The position numbers and the translations under genes were made by a program. A DNA stretch of 64,000 bases from Nitrospinales bacterium (lineage in GTDB: Bacteria > Nitrospinota > Nitrospinia > Nitrospinales > VA-1), in NCBI GenBank assembly GCA_965223345.1, contig CBDCWG010000012.1, forward strand, positions 1,664,001-1,728,000. Direction: 5' to 3'. The notes under the pieces are model-generated. The model did not search any database. It saw only the letters and a list, made by a program, of their open reading frames with translations, and had not been told where the DNA came from. This document shows, piece after piece, positions 27,384 through 35,740 of this stretch. Each line of letters starts with the position of its first letter. The first letter of the stretch is position 1.

Positions 27384-29401
27384 GGCAGTTTATCCTGTTT
27401 TGAACTGTGAATACGGATGGTCACGGTGGTTCCTGCATCGGGAGTGCCCTCGATATCGACTTCGCCGCCCCAGACCAGGGTGCGTTCGCGGATTCCCAAC
27501 AGACCCAGCGATCGTAAGTTTGATATCTGGTCGCTGGTGATCCCGATGCCGTTGTCCTTCACTTTGAGGGTCACCTGTCCATTGCGATCGAACAGCTCCA
27601 CCCAGATGCGGTTGGCATTGGCATGGCGCGTGACGTTGGTCAGGGTTTCCTGGAAGATGCGGAACAGGGTCGTGGCGCGTTCTTTGTCCAGGGATTGGCA
27701 GTGCCGGTCCAGCGACATCTGGCACTGTATCCCGGTGCGTTTTTCAAATTCCCGCGTTTGCCATTCGATGGCTTCCGTGAGACCCAACTCGTCGAGAATG
27801 GGAGGGCGCAGATCCATGGCGAGTTTTTTCCCCATCTGGATCGAGTTGTCGATCAGTTGCGAGATCAGTTGCGTGAAGGAGCGCAGATCCGACGCCTTGT
27901 GGACGAGTTTTTTATCCAGCAGCGCCACTTCCAGTTTCAGGGTCGTGAGAATCTGCGCCAGTTCGTCGTGAATCTCGCGCGCCATGCGCGTGCGCTCTTC
28001 TTCGCGCACCAGCTCCAGCCGGTGGTACAGCTTGCGCAGCTGCTCGCGCGAGTGCTCGATTTCCTTTTCGGCCTGCTTGCGTTCCGCGGCTACACTCAAA
28101 AGATGGGCGAGCCCGTCGATCATGTCGCGCTCTTCCTTGAGGAAAGGATCGCCCGTGTCCCGGCCGACCGGCTGGTTGTAAAACACATCCAGGCTGCCGT
28201 GCACGCCGCCGTGGATGGCGATGTTGCGGGACAGCTTCCAGGGGGGTTCCTCGAACGGCTCCGAGGGGTAGGTGTCTCCTTCGAAGTGCACTTTGACCCG
28301 GGTCAATTCCGGATACTGCATTCCCGGGATGATGTGGGAACCCACCTTCTTCAGGATCTCCCCCATCGTCTGCGAGGTGCTGATCAGATTGGCGACGCCG
28401 TACATGGAGGTCAACTCTTTGACCCGTTCCTTGAGCGATTTGAGCAGTTTCCGTTGTTCCGCTTCCGCCCGTTTGCGTTCGATCACCCTGCCAAGCTGCG
28501 TGCCCACTTGCCCCATGATCTCCAGCATCTCTTTGTCGGGTTCGACGGCCTGGGAGGAGAAAAATTCCATGACGCCGACGATTTCCCTGTCGATCAGAAT
28601 GGGAAACGCGAACCCTGCTTTCACACCGATGTTTTGCGCCTGCTTGGCGCGGGGAAAGTTGGGGTCGCGGGTCACATCGATGATCCAGGTGGCTTCGCCG
28701 TTTTCCATGACGCGTCCGGGAAGGCCGACGCCTTTGTTCAACGAGGTCGCTTCGGTGATTTCACGGAAGGTCTTGAACTGATCGGGTTGTTCCAGATACC
28801 AGATGGTCGTGGGTTCCAGCTGGCCGGGATCCTGCTCGTTCGGCAGGTAGATGTGTCCGACGGGCCATCCCGTGTGCTCGCACACTCTTTTCAGGCCGTA
28901 TTCCAGCGTGGCTTCGACCGTGTGGGTTTCGTTGGAAGCCACGGCGATGTCCTTGTGCAACTGGACGAATTCTTTTTCCCGCCGCAGCAGATTGAGTGTG
29001 GCGTCCAGTTCGAGGGTCCGTTCCCGGACGCGTTTCTCAAGGTGCTTGTTGGATTCGCGTATTTTTTCACCGGCGCGGATCTGCCACAGGCACAGAAAGG
29101 CGGTGATCCAGATCGTGAGGATACTGAGGCCCCGATTGGCCGCCGCCTGCAAAAATTCGCCGCCGGGGGGGGAAAGGTAAAAGCCCGCAATCGTGAGCAG
29201 CGTTCCGCTCAACGCCGCCATAAACAGAAACCGGCGGCTTCGCGCCCGGAGCCCCAAAAGCACCAGCGCCACGTAAAGCATGCCATCGGCCACCCCCAGC
29301 GGCAGCTGCAGGTCGAGGATGAAAATGGCAGCGGCGATGGCGACGGCCCAGATCACCGGTGTGCCCGTGGCTTTTCTGTGTGCAATGGGTGTTTCGCTCA
29401 T
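27380..29401 (-). CDS. Membrane sensor histidine kinase with GAF and HisKA_3 domains
   Basis: N-terminal TMs; GVGLPGRV GAF; AREIHDELAQ; LRPPILD.LGL; QETLTNV.RHA, DNGIG, GLLGIRER, GT; overlaps the regulator start. Confidence 0.95.
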   Translation of the reverse strand: MSETPIAHRKATGTPVIWAVAIAAAIFILDLQLPLGVADGMLYVALVLLGLRARSRRFLFMAALSGTLLTIAGFYLSPPGGEFLQAAANRGLSILTIWITAFLCLWQIRAGEKIRESNKHLEKRVRERTLELDATLNLLRREKEFVQLHKDIAVASNETHTVEATLEYGLKRVCEHTGWPVGHIYLPNEQDPGQLEPTTIWYLEQPDQFKTFREITEATSLNKGVGLPGRVMENGEATWIIDVTRDPNFPRAKQAQNIGVKAGFAFPILIDREIVGVMEFFSSQAVEPDKEMLEIMGQVGTQLGRVIERKRAEAEQRKLLKSLKERVKELTSMYGVANLISTSQTMGEILKKVGSHIIPGMQYPELTRVKVHFEGDTYPSEPFEEPPWKLSRNIAIHGGVHGSLDVFYNQPVGRDTGDPFLKEERDMIDGLAHLLSVAAERKQAEKEIEHSREQLRKLYHRLELVREEERTRMAREIHDELAQILTTLKLEVALLDKKLVHKASDLRSFTQLISQLIDNSIQMGKKLAMDLRPPILDELGLTEAIEWQTREFEKRTGIQCQMSLDRHCQSLDKERATTLFRIFQETLTNVTRHANANRIWVELFDRNGQVTLKVKDNGIGITSDQISNLRSLGLLGIRERTLVWGGEVDIEGTPDAGTTVTIRIHSSKQDKLP

Positions 29402-29761
29402 GGATGCTTCGGTGTGCCCGTGCCGGGCGGTTGTGAATAACGCTTTTATATACAAACGGTTTTGTTCTTAAAGCTGTATTTAAACCGTTTCAGAGCCAAA
29501 TGGCGGCGCCGGGGGTTCCTGTGGGAACCGGGCTGCTTTGGCAGGTTCCTTGGGAAAAAGCAGGGTGAGAGCGGGAGCGGGGAAATGCCAAAGTTGTCCT
29601 TTTCTGAAATTTTCGAATCATTATAATTGAAAATAGAGGGGAAATCTAAAATTGAATCGGAGCGCTCCGAAAAGCCTCAGGAACCGGCGGTTATTCGTGG
29701 GTCGGGTCCCGGTGTTTGAGGGGAGGAGCCGCGGTTCCGTCTGCGTTCAGGAGGCGACACG

Positions 29762-30286
29762 ATGAAAGGCAAAATTCTGATTGCAGGGCTGATCGTGCTT
29801 TTTCTTTCGGCCCCGGCTCACGCCAAGAACGAATTGATGCTGTCCAAGGAAAACATTTTTGATGCCGGTCCCGCCATCGATCCCCCCGGTGCGCGCGGCA
29901 ATTGCGACGCGCTGTTTTACATCGACGCCGGAGACAATCTGGAAAACCTGCGGCGTGAGTTTCCCTATCATTACTGCGAAGGCATGTACACGTTCACGCT
30001 CGACGGTCCTCCCGGCACCACGGTGACCCTGTTCGGCGATTACGGTTACGACCCGAAACGGGGATACCTGATCGTGCGCAAGACCGACGACCAGAAAGTC
30101 TGGGTGCTGCACCTGGAAGAATTTCCCAATGCGCAATGGGCCGCCACCCAGCCGAGCCGCCAGTCTGGCGGCTACGAAACGTTTTACGTTCCCGCTCCCA
30201 ACTTCAGGCACAACGTTTCATCGGTGCAGTGGGGGCAGTGGTGGAGCGGCGAGGCTCCCAATCCTGGAACCGCACCCGCAAACTGA
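29762..30286 (+). CDS. Secreted protein of unknown family, paralog 2 of 3
   Basis: AGGAGG RBS; signal peptide AHA|KNELMLSKE; LDGPPGTTVTLFG...NVSSVQWGQWW. Confidence 0.88.
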   Translation: MKGKILIAGLIVLFLSAPAHAKNELMLSKENIFDAGPAIDPPGARGNCDALFYIDAGDNLENLRREFPYHYCEGMYTFTLDGPPGTTVTLFGDYGYDPKRGYLIVRKTDDQKVWVLHLEEFPNAQWAATQPSRQSGGYETFYVPAPNFRHNVSSVQWGQWWSGEAPNPGTAPAN

Positions 30287-30361
30287 ATGCGCGTTCGTTG
30301 ACGGGCTCGCGCCTTGCACGCAACAGGGTGCGGGTCCGCCGTTCCTTTTCAGGAGAAGATC

Positions 30362-30883
30362 ATGAAGATCATCGGTTTGAGTGTTGTTCTGGGAATCGTT
30401 TTGTTTTTTTCCGCACCGGCACACGCCAAAAACGAGTTGATGCTTTCGAAAGAGCAGCTGTTCGACGGCGGTCCCGCCCTCGACAATCATCGCTTTCGCG
30501 ACGACTGTTCGGAACTGTTCTACGTGGATAAAGGCGAGAACATCGAGGACATGCGCCGGGATTTCCCCTATTACTGGTGCCAGGGGATGTACACCCTCAC
30601 TCTGGACGGTCCGCCGGGCACCACGGTCACCCTGTTCGGCAGTTATTATTACGGCCAGGAAAGAGGGTATCTGGTGTTGAAAAAGACCGACAACGAAAAA
30701 GTCTGGATCCTGCACCTCGAGGAATTCCCGAGCGGGCGGTGGAGTTCCGTGCAGCCGAGCCGTCAGTCCGGCGGCTACGAGGCTTTTTTCATTCCGGCGC
30801 CCAATTTCAGGCGCAACGTGTCTTCGGTGCAATGGGGCCAGTGGTGGGTCGGTGATTTCCCGACCAACGGCCCTGCCAACTGA
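30362..30883 (+). CDS. Secreted protein of unknown family, paralog 3 of 3 (tandem duplicate)
   Basis: AGGAG RBS; AHA|KNELMLSKE; long blocks identical to 29762. Confidence 0.88.
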   Translation: MKIIGLSVVLGIVLFFSAPAHAKNELMLSKEQLFDGGPALDNHRFRDDCSELFYVDKGENIEDMRRDFPYYWCQGMYTLTLDGPPGTTVTLFGSYYYGQERGYLVLKKTDNEKVWILHLEEFPSGRWSSVQPSRQSGGYEAFFIPAPNFRRNVSSVQWGQWWVGDFPTNGPAN

Positions 30884-30893
30884 GCGGGCCGCC

Positions 30894-31748
30894 GTGGAGA
30901 TCAATGCCATCGCCTGCCGCAGCATCCTCACCCGCACCACGGGCTACCTCAAGGAGGTCTGTTCGCACTCGCTGAATCCCTATGCCGGCTGCGGGTTCGG
31001 CCGCTCCGCCTGCGGCGAGGCCTGCTACGTGCGTTTCAACACCTGGATCACGAAAGGCCGCCGTTGGGGCGGGTTCGTCGATGTGAAAACCAACGCGGCC
31101 GCCGTGTACGCTCAGACGGTCGGGAAAGAAAAAAAATGGGCGCACGCGCGAGGCGTTGCGTTCGGCGTGTTTTTATCGAGTTCCACCGATCCCTGGCAGC
31201 CGGTGGAGCGCCGCTTTCGCATCACACGGCAACTGCTCGGCGCATTTTTGGAAAATCCGCCCGACACCCTCATCCTGCAAACCCATTCCACGAGCATTCT
31301 CGATGATGTGGCAACGATCGAGGCGCTTTCCAGGCGCTGCGATCTGAGGGTGCAGGTTTCGCTGGAGGGGGACCGGGACCGCCTGCCGGGGCTCGCCGCG
31401 CCGCCGAGTTCGCTGGAGGCGAGGATGCATCTGTTGGAGGAACTCTCGCGCCGCGGTCTGGCAACGGTGGCCTGTCTCGCGCCGCTCTATCCTCTGCGGG
31501 AACCGGAAGCGTTTTTTGCGCGCCTCTCGCGTACGGGTATCCGCGCCGTGGTGATCGACCATTTCATCGAAGGCGACGGCTCGGTGAACGGAGCGCGGAC
31601 CCTAAGAACGCCGCTGCCTGAAGCGATGGCGAACGTGAATCCCCTTTCTGTTACGCTTTCCTACCGCGACCGGGTGGCCGGAATCGCGATGCGCTATCTG
31701 CCGGTGGGCATCTCCGCGGCCGGATTCGCCGGGCGCTATTCCCACTGA
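30894..31748 (+). CDS. Radical SAM protein, SplB-like, with atypical Cys spacing; start uncertain
   Basis: SILT..TG, SLNPYAGC, WGGFVDVK.N, SS.TDPWQPVE....ITR.LL; Cys motif CGFGRSACGEAC. Confidence 0.82.
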   Translation: MEINAIACRSILTRTTGYLKEVCSHSLNPYAGCGFGRSACGEACYVRFNTWITKGRRWGGFVDVKTNAAAVYAQTVGKEKKWAHARGVAFGVFLSSSTDPWQPVERRFRITRQLLGAFLENPPDTLILQTHSTSILDDVATIEALSRRCDLRVQVSLEGDRDRLPGLAAPPSSLEARMHLLEELSRRGLATVACLAPLYPLREPEAFFARLSRTGIRAVVIDHFIEGDGSVNGARTLRTPLPEAMANVNPLSVTLSYRDRVAGIAMRYLPVGISAAGFAGRYSH

Positions 31749-31837
31749 CCGCTCGCAACGATCCTCTCTGTAACCTCCTTATCCCTAAAAATCTTCCATT
31801 GTCACTCGCGGTTTTTACGTTCGATCTGTTTTCGAGC

Positions 31838-31872
31838 AAAAAAAAATCCCCCGCCCTGAGGCGGGGGATTTT
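31838..31872. terminator. Bidirectional intrinsic terminator
   Basis: A9-TCCCCCGCC-CTGA-GGCGGGGGA-TTTT. Confidence 0.9.
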
Positions 31873-31898
31873 GATGCCGGCTGGGGGATAACCGGCAA

Positions 31899-32054
31899 TC
31901 AGTTCACATTTTTGTTTTTGTAGTTTCTCAGAGGCGATTGCCGGGCCTTGAAGTTTTCATCAGAACGTTTGAGCAGGTTTTTCTGCGAAATTGTTTTTTT
32001 CAGTTTGCCCGTTCGGTCAAATACCTTTACCTCATACACGCGTATGTCGTTCAT
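31899..32054 (-). CDS. Small basic protein (51 aa), not in ORF track
   Basis: MNDIRVYEVKVFDRTGKLKKTISQKNLLKRSDENFKARQSPLRNYKNKNVN; GAGG RBS; terminator downstream. Confidence 0.65.
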   Translation of the reverse strand: MNDIRVYEVKVFDRTGKLKKTISQKNLLKRSDENFKARQSPLRNYKNKNVN

Positions 32055-32118
32055 GATTGCCTCAAAATAGTGATGGGTGCTCGAAAAACTGCGATCTGAT
32101 TTTTTTCTAATCCGCCCC

Positions 32119-32182
32119 AGAAAAGAAGAGGGAAAGGGCTTGTCGTGGCAGCAAGCCCTTTCCCCGGAGGAGGAGAAAGTAT
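32119..32182 (-). ncRNA. Candidate small RNA or attenuator with anti-SD 5' segment and terminator
   Basis: TATAAT at 32194-32189; then UUUCUCCUCCUCC, a perfect 13-bp stem (32130-32142/32152-32164) and a U-rich tail. Confidence 0.45.
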
Positions 32183-32563
32183 GCTGTCATTATAGAAAAC
32201 GGATATTAAAAGAGTATTAAAGGAAAATTAATAAACTTTAATGAAATGAAGGGAGTACCGAACAATCTTACAGCGAATAACCGGGTTTATCGAGAGCGGG
32301 AAGAAAATGTCCGCCAGAACGGATACGCGCTTTAATTTGAAGCCGGTTCGGGCCGGCTTTCTTCCTGCGCATTCATGGCGAGAGGGCTCCGGGACCGGCC
32401 GCAATCCTTAATAAAACAGGGGCGTGGCGTGAGAGGGGGTGCGTGACCGGTGCGTTTTCTGACAGTTGTTGTAAAACCGCCGATTGTGCGATTGGGGTTG
32501 GACATTCTCAGGGATGTGTTACCTTAGAAAGATACCAACACACCTACGACCTTAGGGGGAACC

Positions 32564-33082
32564 ATGAAAAAGAATATTTTTGCGATCTTGCTCTACCCGG
32601 CTGTGCTGACGGCCGTTTTGTTGTTTGCGGCGCAGACGGCGCTGGCCGACGATAAGTCCGCTCAGAAAGGGGACAATGTGGAGGTTTCCTATGTGGGCAG
32701 TCTGAAAGACGGAACCGTGTTCGACAGTTCCGAAAAGCATGGCACTCCCTTGAAATTCGTGGTGGGCTCCGGTCAGGTCATCAAAGGCTTCGACGAAGCG
32801 GTGCTCGGCATGAAGCAGGGCGAAGAAAAATCCTTCACCATCCAGCCCGGCGATGCGTATGGCGAAGTGAATCCGAAGCTCATCCAGAAAGTGTCGCGCT
32901 CGGAAATGCCGAAAGACCGCGAGCCGCAACCGGGTATGATGCTGATCGTGACCACCCCTCAGGGTGGGAAAGCGCGCGCCACCATCACTCAGGTCACCGC
33001 CAACGACGTCACCCTCGACATGAACCATCCGCTGGCGGGCAAGGCCCTGACCTTCAAGATCAAAGTGATCAAAGTATCCTGA
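32564..33082 (+). CDS. FKBP-type PPIase (SlyD-like) with signal peptide
   Basis: GD.V.V.Y.G.L.DGTVFDSS, G.GQVIKGF, AYG, D.NHPLAGK.LTF; signal peptide (ALA). Confidence 0.93.
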   Translation: MKKNIFAILLYPAVLTAVLLFAAQTALADDKSAQKGDNVEVSYVGSLKDGTVFDSSEKHGTPLKFVVGSGQVIKGFDEAVLGMKQGEEKSFTIQPGDAYGEVNPKLIQKVSRSEMPKDREPQPGMMLIVTTPQGGKARATITQVTANDVTLDMNHPLAGKALTFKIKVIKVS

Positions 33083-33107
33083 TTCTCCGCTGCTCGGTGA
33101 AGGGGCG

Positions 33108-35285
33108 TCATGGCCCCTTCGCAACGAGCGGCGCGGAGGCGGGCAGCGTGTAGTCGCCCGCATGAAACGTCTTTCCCAATCCTGCGCTTTGCGGCGGCCA
33201 GCGGCCCTTGAGCTGGTTGTCGGGCGCGTCTCCCTTGAAAACCAGGTAGCCGTATTTGCCGTAGTGCGGCAGTTTGCGGATCAGTCCCGGAACGCTCGCG
33301 CCGTGGGCGGCGACGATCCAGGTGACGGAGCCTGCGCGTTTGCCCGGCCGCTTCAGCGTGAACACAAAACTGTGATCCTTCCAGGGAAAGCGCTTCCCCT
33401 CGATCGTCACGCTTTCCTCTCCCACCACCACGCCGCGGTTTTTGAGCAACGGCAACAGGTGCCGCACGTAACGGTTCTCGCGGCCGAACACCCACAGGCT
33501 GCCCGGCGGCACCGGACTCTTCGCGGCATCGTTCAACAGCGGACCGGCAACCGGGCCGGAATTTCCCAGCGCCTGAGCCAGCTCGTGATAGCCCATCAGC
33601 ACGTCGGGAAACGCTTCCTTCTCCGGCAGCAGTTTCGCAGGGCTTTGCGAGCCCAGGGTTTCGCCGATGCTGGGCGGCACTTCGCGGCGGTCGAGTCTGC
33701 GAAACACGTCGGTGTGCGGGTCCACCCGCACCCGTCCCGGTTCGGCGGCAAGATCGAGCGTGTAGGTCTGGTTTTTTTCCCGCATGTTTAAAATCTTGAG
33801 ACTCGCTTCGCGTTCTCCCTTGAGCCAAATGGCGACGGGCACCTGTAGCGCGAACGCGGCTTCCTGCTGTTGCTGCGCAAGCTCGATCGTCAGCCGGTAG
33901 CCGTTCTTTTGTTTCGTGTACGCGGCCTGCGTCAGCTTGAGCTGCGGCGCGCCTTTTCGCTGCGTCCATTGCTCGAAATAGGCCGTGAGATCCTGTCCCG
34001 ACACCGATTGCATCGATGCTTGAAGCTCGGCCCAGCCCGCAAACCGGAAACGGTTTTTCTGGTAAAAATCCCGCAGTCCATCGAGAAACACCTCCCTGCC
34101 GAGACGGTTTTTCAGCATGTGCAGCACCATCAGGGTTTTGCCGTAGCCGACGGCCTGGGAAGCCTGGGAGGTGCGGGAGCGGAACTGCGTCAGCGGGAAA
34201 TCGTTTTCCGGATGCACGTAGTTGAGGTATTTCATCAATTCCTGAAAGCGGTACTGCGCGCCCTGTCCTTTCACATCGAGCAGCAGGTGGTCGGCGAGGT
34301 AGGCGGTGAGCCCTTCCGCCCAGTTGCCTTTTTGAAAATCGATGTAGACGCTGTTGCCCCACCAGTTGTGCAGGATCTCATGCGGATAGGAGGTGTGCAG
34401 GATGAACGGAAAGCGGATGACGCGGGAGCCGAGCAGGGTGAAAGACGACATGCCGTAACCGGTCTCGAAGCGGTTTTCCACCAGGGCGAATTTGGCGAAC
34501 GGGTAGGGGGCGATCAATCGCGAATAAAAGTCCAGGTAATCGCGCGTCGCCTTCAGGTAGCGTTGGGCGAGGCCCGGGTCGTCCTGAAGCAGAAACGCCT
34601 GCGTTTCGGTGTTTCCGTGTCGTTCGGTGAATTCAAAATAACGGTCGGCGATCAGAAAGATCTCTTCCATCGGCTCGGGAGATTTCCACCGTGTTTCTCC
34701 CTCGGGGGCGGCATGGTGCGCGCCCTGGCTCACGGCTTTGTAGCCCTGCGGCAGTTTCACATTGAGCTCGAAGGTCATGCGGTCCGGCAGGCGCTCGGGA
34801 TCGATGCGCTGCGGGTAATAGTAGCTCTGTCCCGACAGCAGCACGCCATCCTTTGCGGGCGCCCGTTCGATCTGCGGGTCGAACACCGGGCCCGCATAGC
34901 GCAACAGCAGGGACAACGGCCTGGGCCATTCGGCATTTTCGGGTTTCTCGATTTCGATGCGGGTGAGCCGCGGGCCGCTCTCCTGCGCGACGGTCTCCGC
35001 CTGCCGCACGCGGACGGGGGCGTCTGTCTTCAGGGTTTCGAGTGTGAGTTCCGCGTTCAGGAAAAGCTCCACACGGTCCTTAGACGGGTCCGTCACCACG
35101 AGTTGCATTCGGTCTTCGATCTTGGCGGTGCGGGCTTTCGGATCGAGATCGACCTGCAGGCGATGGTGGATCGGCGGCGTCTCAGCGAAAGCGGGAACGG
35201 CGGCGAGCGCCACGAGCAGGTTGAAAAGCAGGATCGCGCTGTGAGTTTTTGGGAATTTCATCGTCAAAGCCAGGAACGGGTTCAT
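33108..35285 (-). CDS. Secreted M1-family metallo-aminopeptidase
   Basis: YPF.KFALVE, HEILH.WWGN, W.EGL..Y, Y.K..MVLHML; start at ATG 35285 or 35261. Confidence 0.9.
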   Translation of the reverse strand: MNPFLALTMKFPKTHSAILLFNLLVALAAVPAFAETPPIHHRLQVDLDPKARTAKIEDRMQLVVTDPSKDRVELFLNAELTLETLKTDAPVRVRQAETVAQESGPRLTRIEIEKPENAEWPRPLSLLLRYAGPVFDPQIERAPAKDGVLLSGQSYYYPQRIDPERLPDRMTFELNVKLPQGYKAVSQGAHHAAPEGETRWKSPEPMEEIFLIADRYFEFTERHGNTETQAFLLQDDPGLAQRYLKATRDYLDFYSRLIAPYPFAKFALVENRFETGYGMSSFTLLGSRVIRFPFILHTSYPHEILHNWWGNSVYIDFQKGNWAEGLTAYLADHLLLDVKGQGAQYRFQELMKYLNYVHPENDFPLTQFRSRTSQASQAVGYGKTLMVLHMLKNRLGREVFLDGLRDFYQKNRFRFAGWAELQASMQSVSGQDLTAYFEQWTQRKGAPQLKLTQAAYTKQKNGYRLTIELAQQQQEAAFALQVPVAIWLKGEREASLKILNMREKNQTYTLDLAAEPGRVRVDPHTDVFRRLDRREVPPSIGETLGSQSPAKLLPEKEAFPDVLMGYHELAQALGNSGPVAGPLLNDAAKSPVPPGSLWVFGRENRYVRHLLPLLKNRGVVVGEESVTIEGKRFPWKDHSFVFTLKRPGKRAGSVTWIVAAHGASVPGLIRKLPHYGKYGYLVFKGDAPDNQLKGRWPPQSAGLGKTFHAGDYTLPASAPLVAKGP

Positions 35286-35299
35286 TGGAGCGGGCGGTT

Positions 35300-35668
35300 T
35301 CAGCCGACGACGGCATCGACGCCGCGGTGGCTGTCGCCGACGATGCGCACGACCACGCGGTTGGGGAGACAGGCGGCGAGCCGGTCCGCGTACTGGATGA
35401 ATCCGGATTTGATGCACACCTTGCCGGAGCAGGGGGAGCGGCGGATGCGGGCTTTCCCCTCGCGGATCTCGACTTCGGTGACGCCCAGCGGCCCCTCGAC
35501 CTCAAGGACCGCTTCCTCTTTCAGCGAATGGCGGAAGCGCTCGCTTCTGTCCACCTCGACGACCACCCAGTCGCCGGCTGTGCCGGGCGTCGCCCAATGC
35601 AGAAACAGCGCCGCGTTGAGCAGCATCAGGCAGACGATCAGGATTTTATCCGCACGCGTCAGTTTCAT
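35300..35668 (-). CDS. NusG domain II-containing protein
   Basis: N-terminal TM; GPLG...VEI, SPC..KVC...G.I, CLPNRV.V.I, VDAV. Confidence 0.9.
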   Translation of the reverse strand: MKLTRADKILIVCLMLLNAALFLHWATPGTAGDWVVVEVDRSERFRHSLKEEAVLEVEGPLGVTEVEIREGKARIRRSPCSGKVCIKSGFIQYADRLAACLPNRVVVRIVGDSHRGVDAVVG

Positions 35669-35740
35669 CGCATCTTTTCATTCCGGCCGCTGGGCAACCG
35701 GGGTCGTTTGTTAAAGGAACAGGTTAGCATATTTGTCGGA

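Noticed and set aside
29762..31748. RiPP cluster (precursors plus radical SAM)
   Set aside because: The upstream proteins are ~170-aa exported globular proteins, and the enzyme is SplB-like with no SPASM/RRE features, transporter or peptidase.
32181..32195. MLSL micro-ORF behind a strong RBS on the + strand
   Set aside because: Only four codons, and the adjacent terminator is oriented for the minus strand; kept only as an alternative reading of the sRNA candidate.
33108..35417. Extended N-terminus of the M1 peptidase overlapping the NusG-II gene
   Set aside because: The extension is Arg/Pro-rich and in a different frame from NusG-II; the signal peptide begins at 35285/35261, so there is no fusion.
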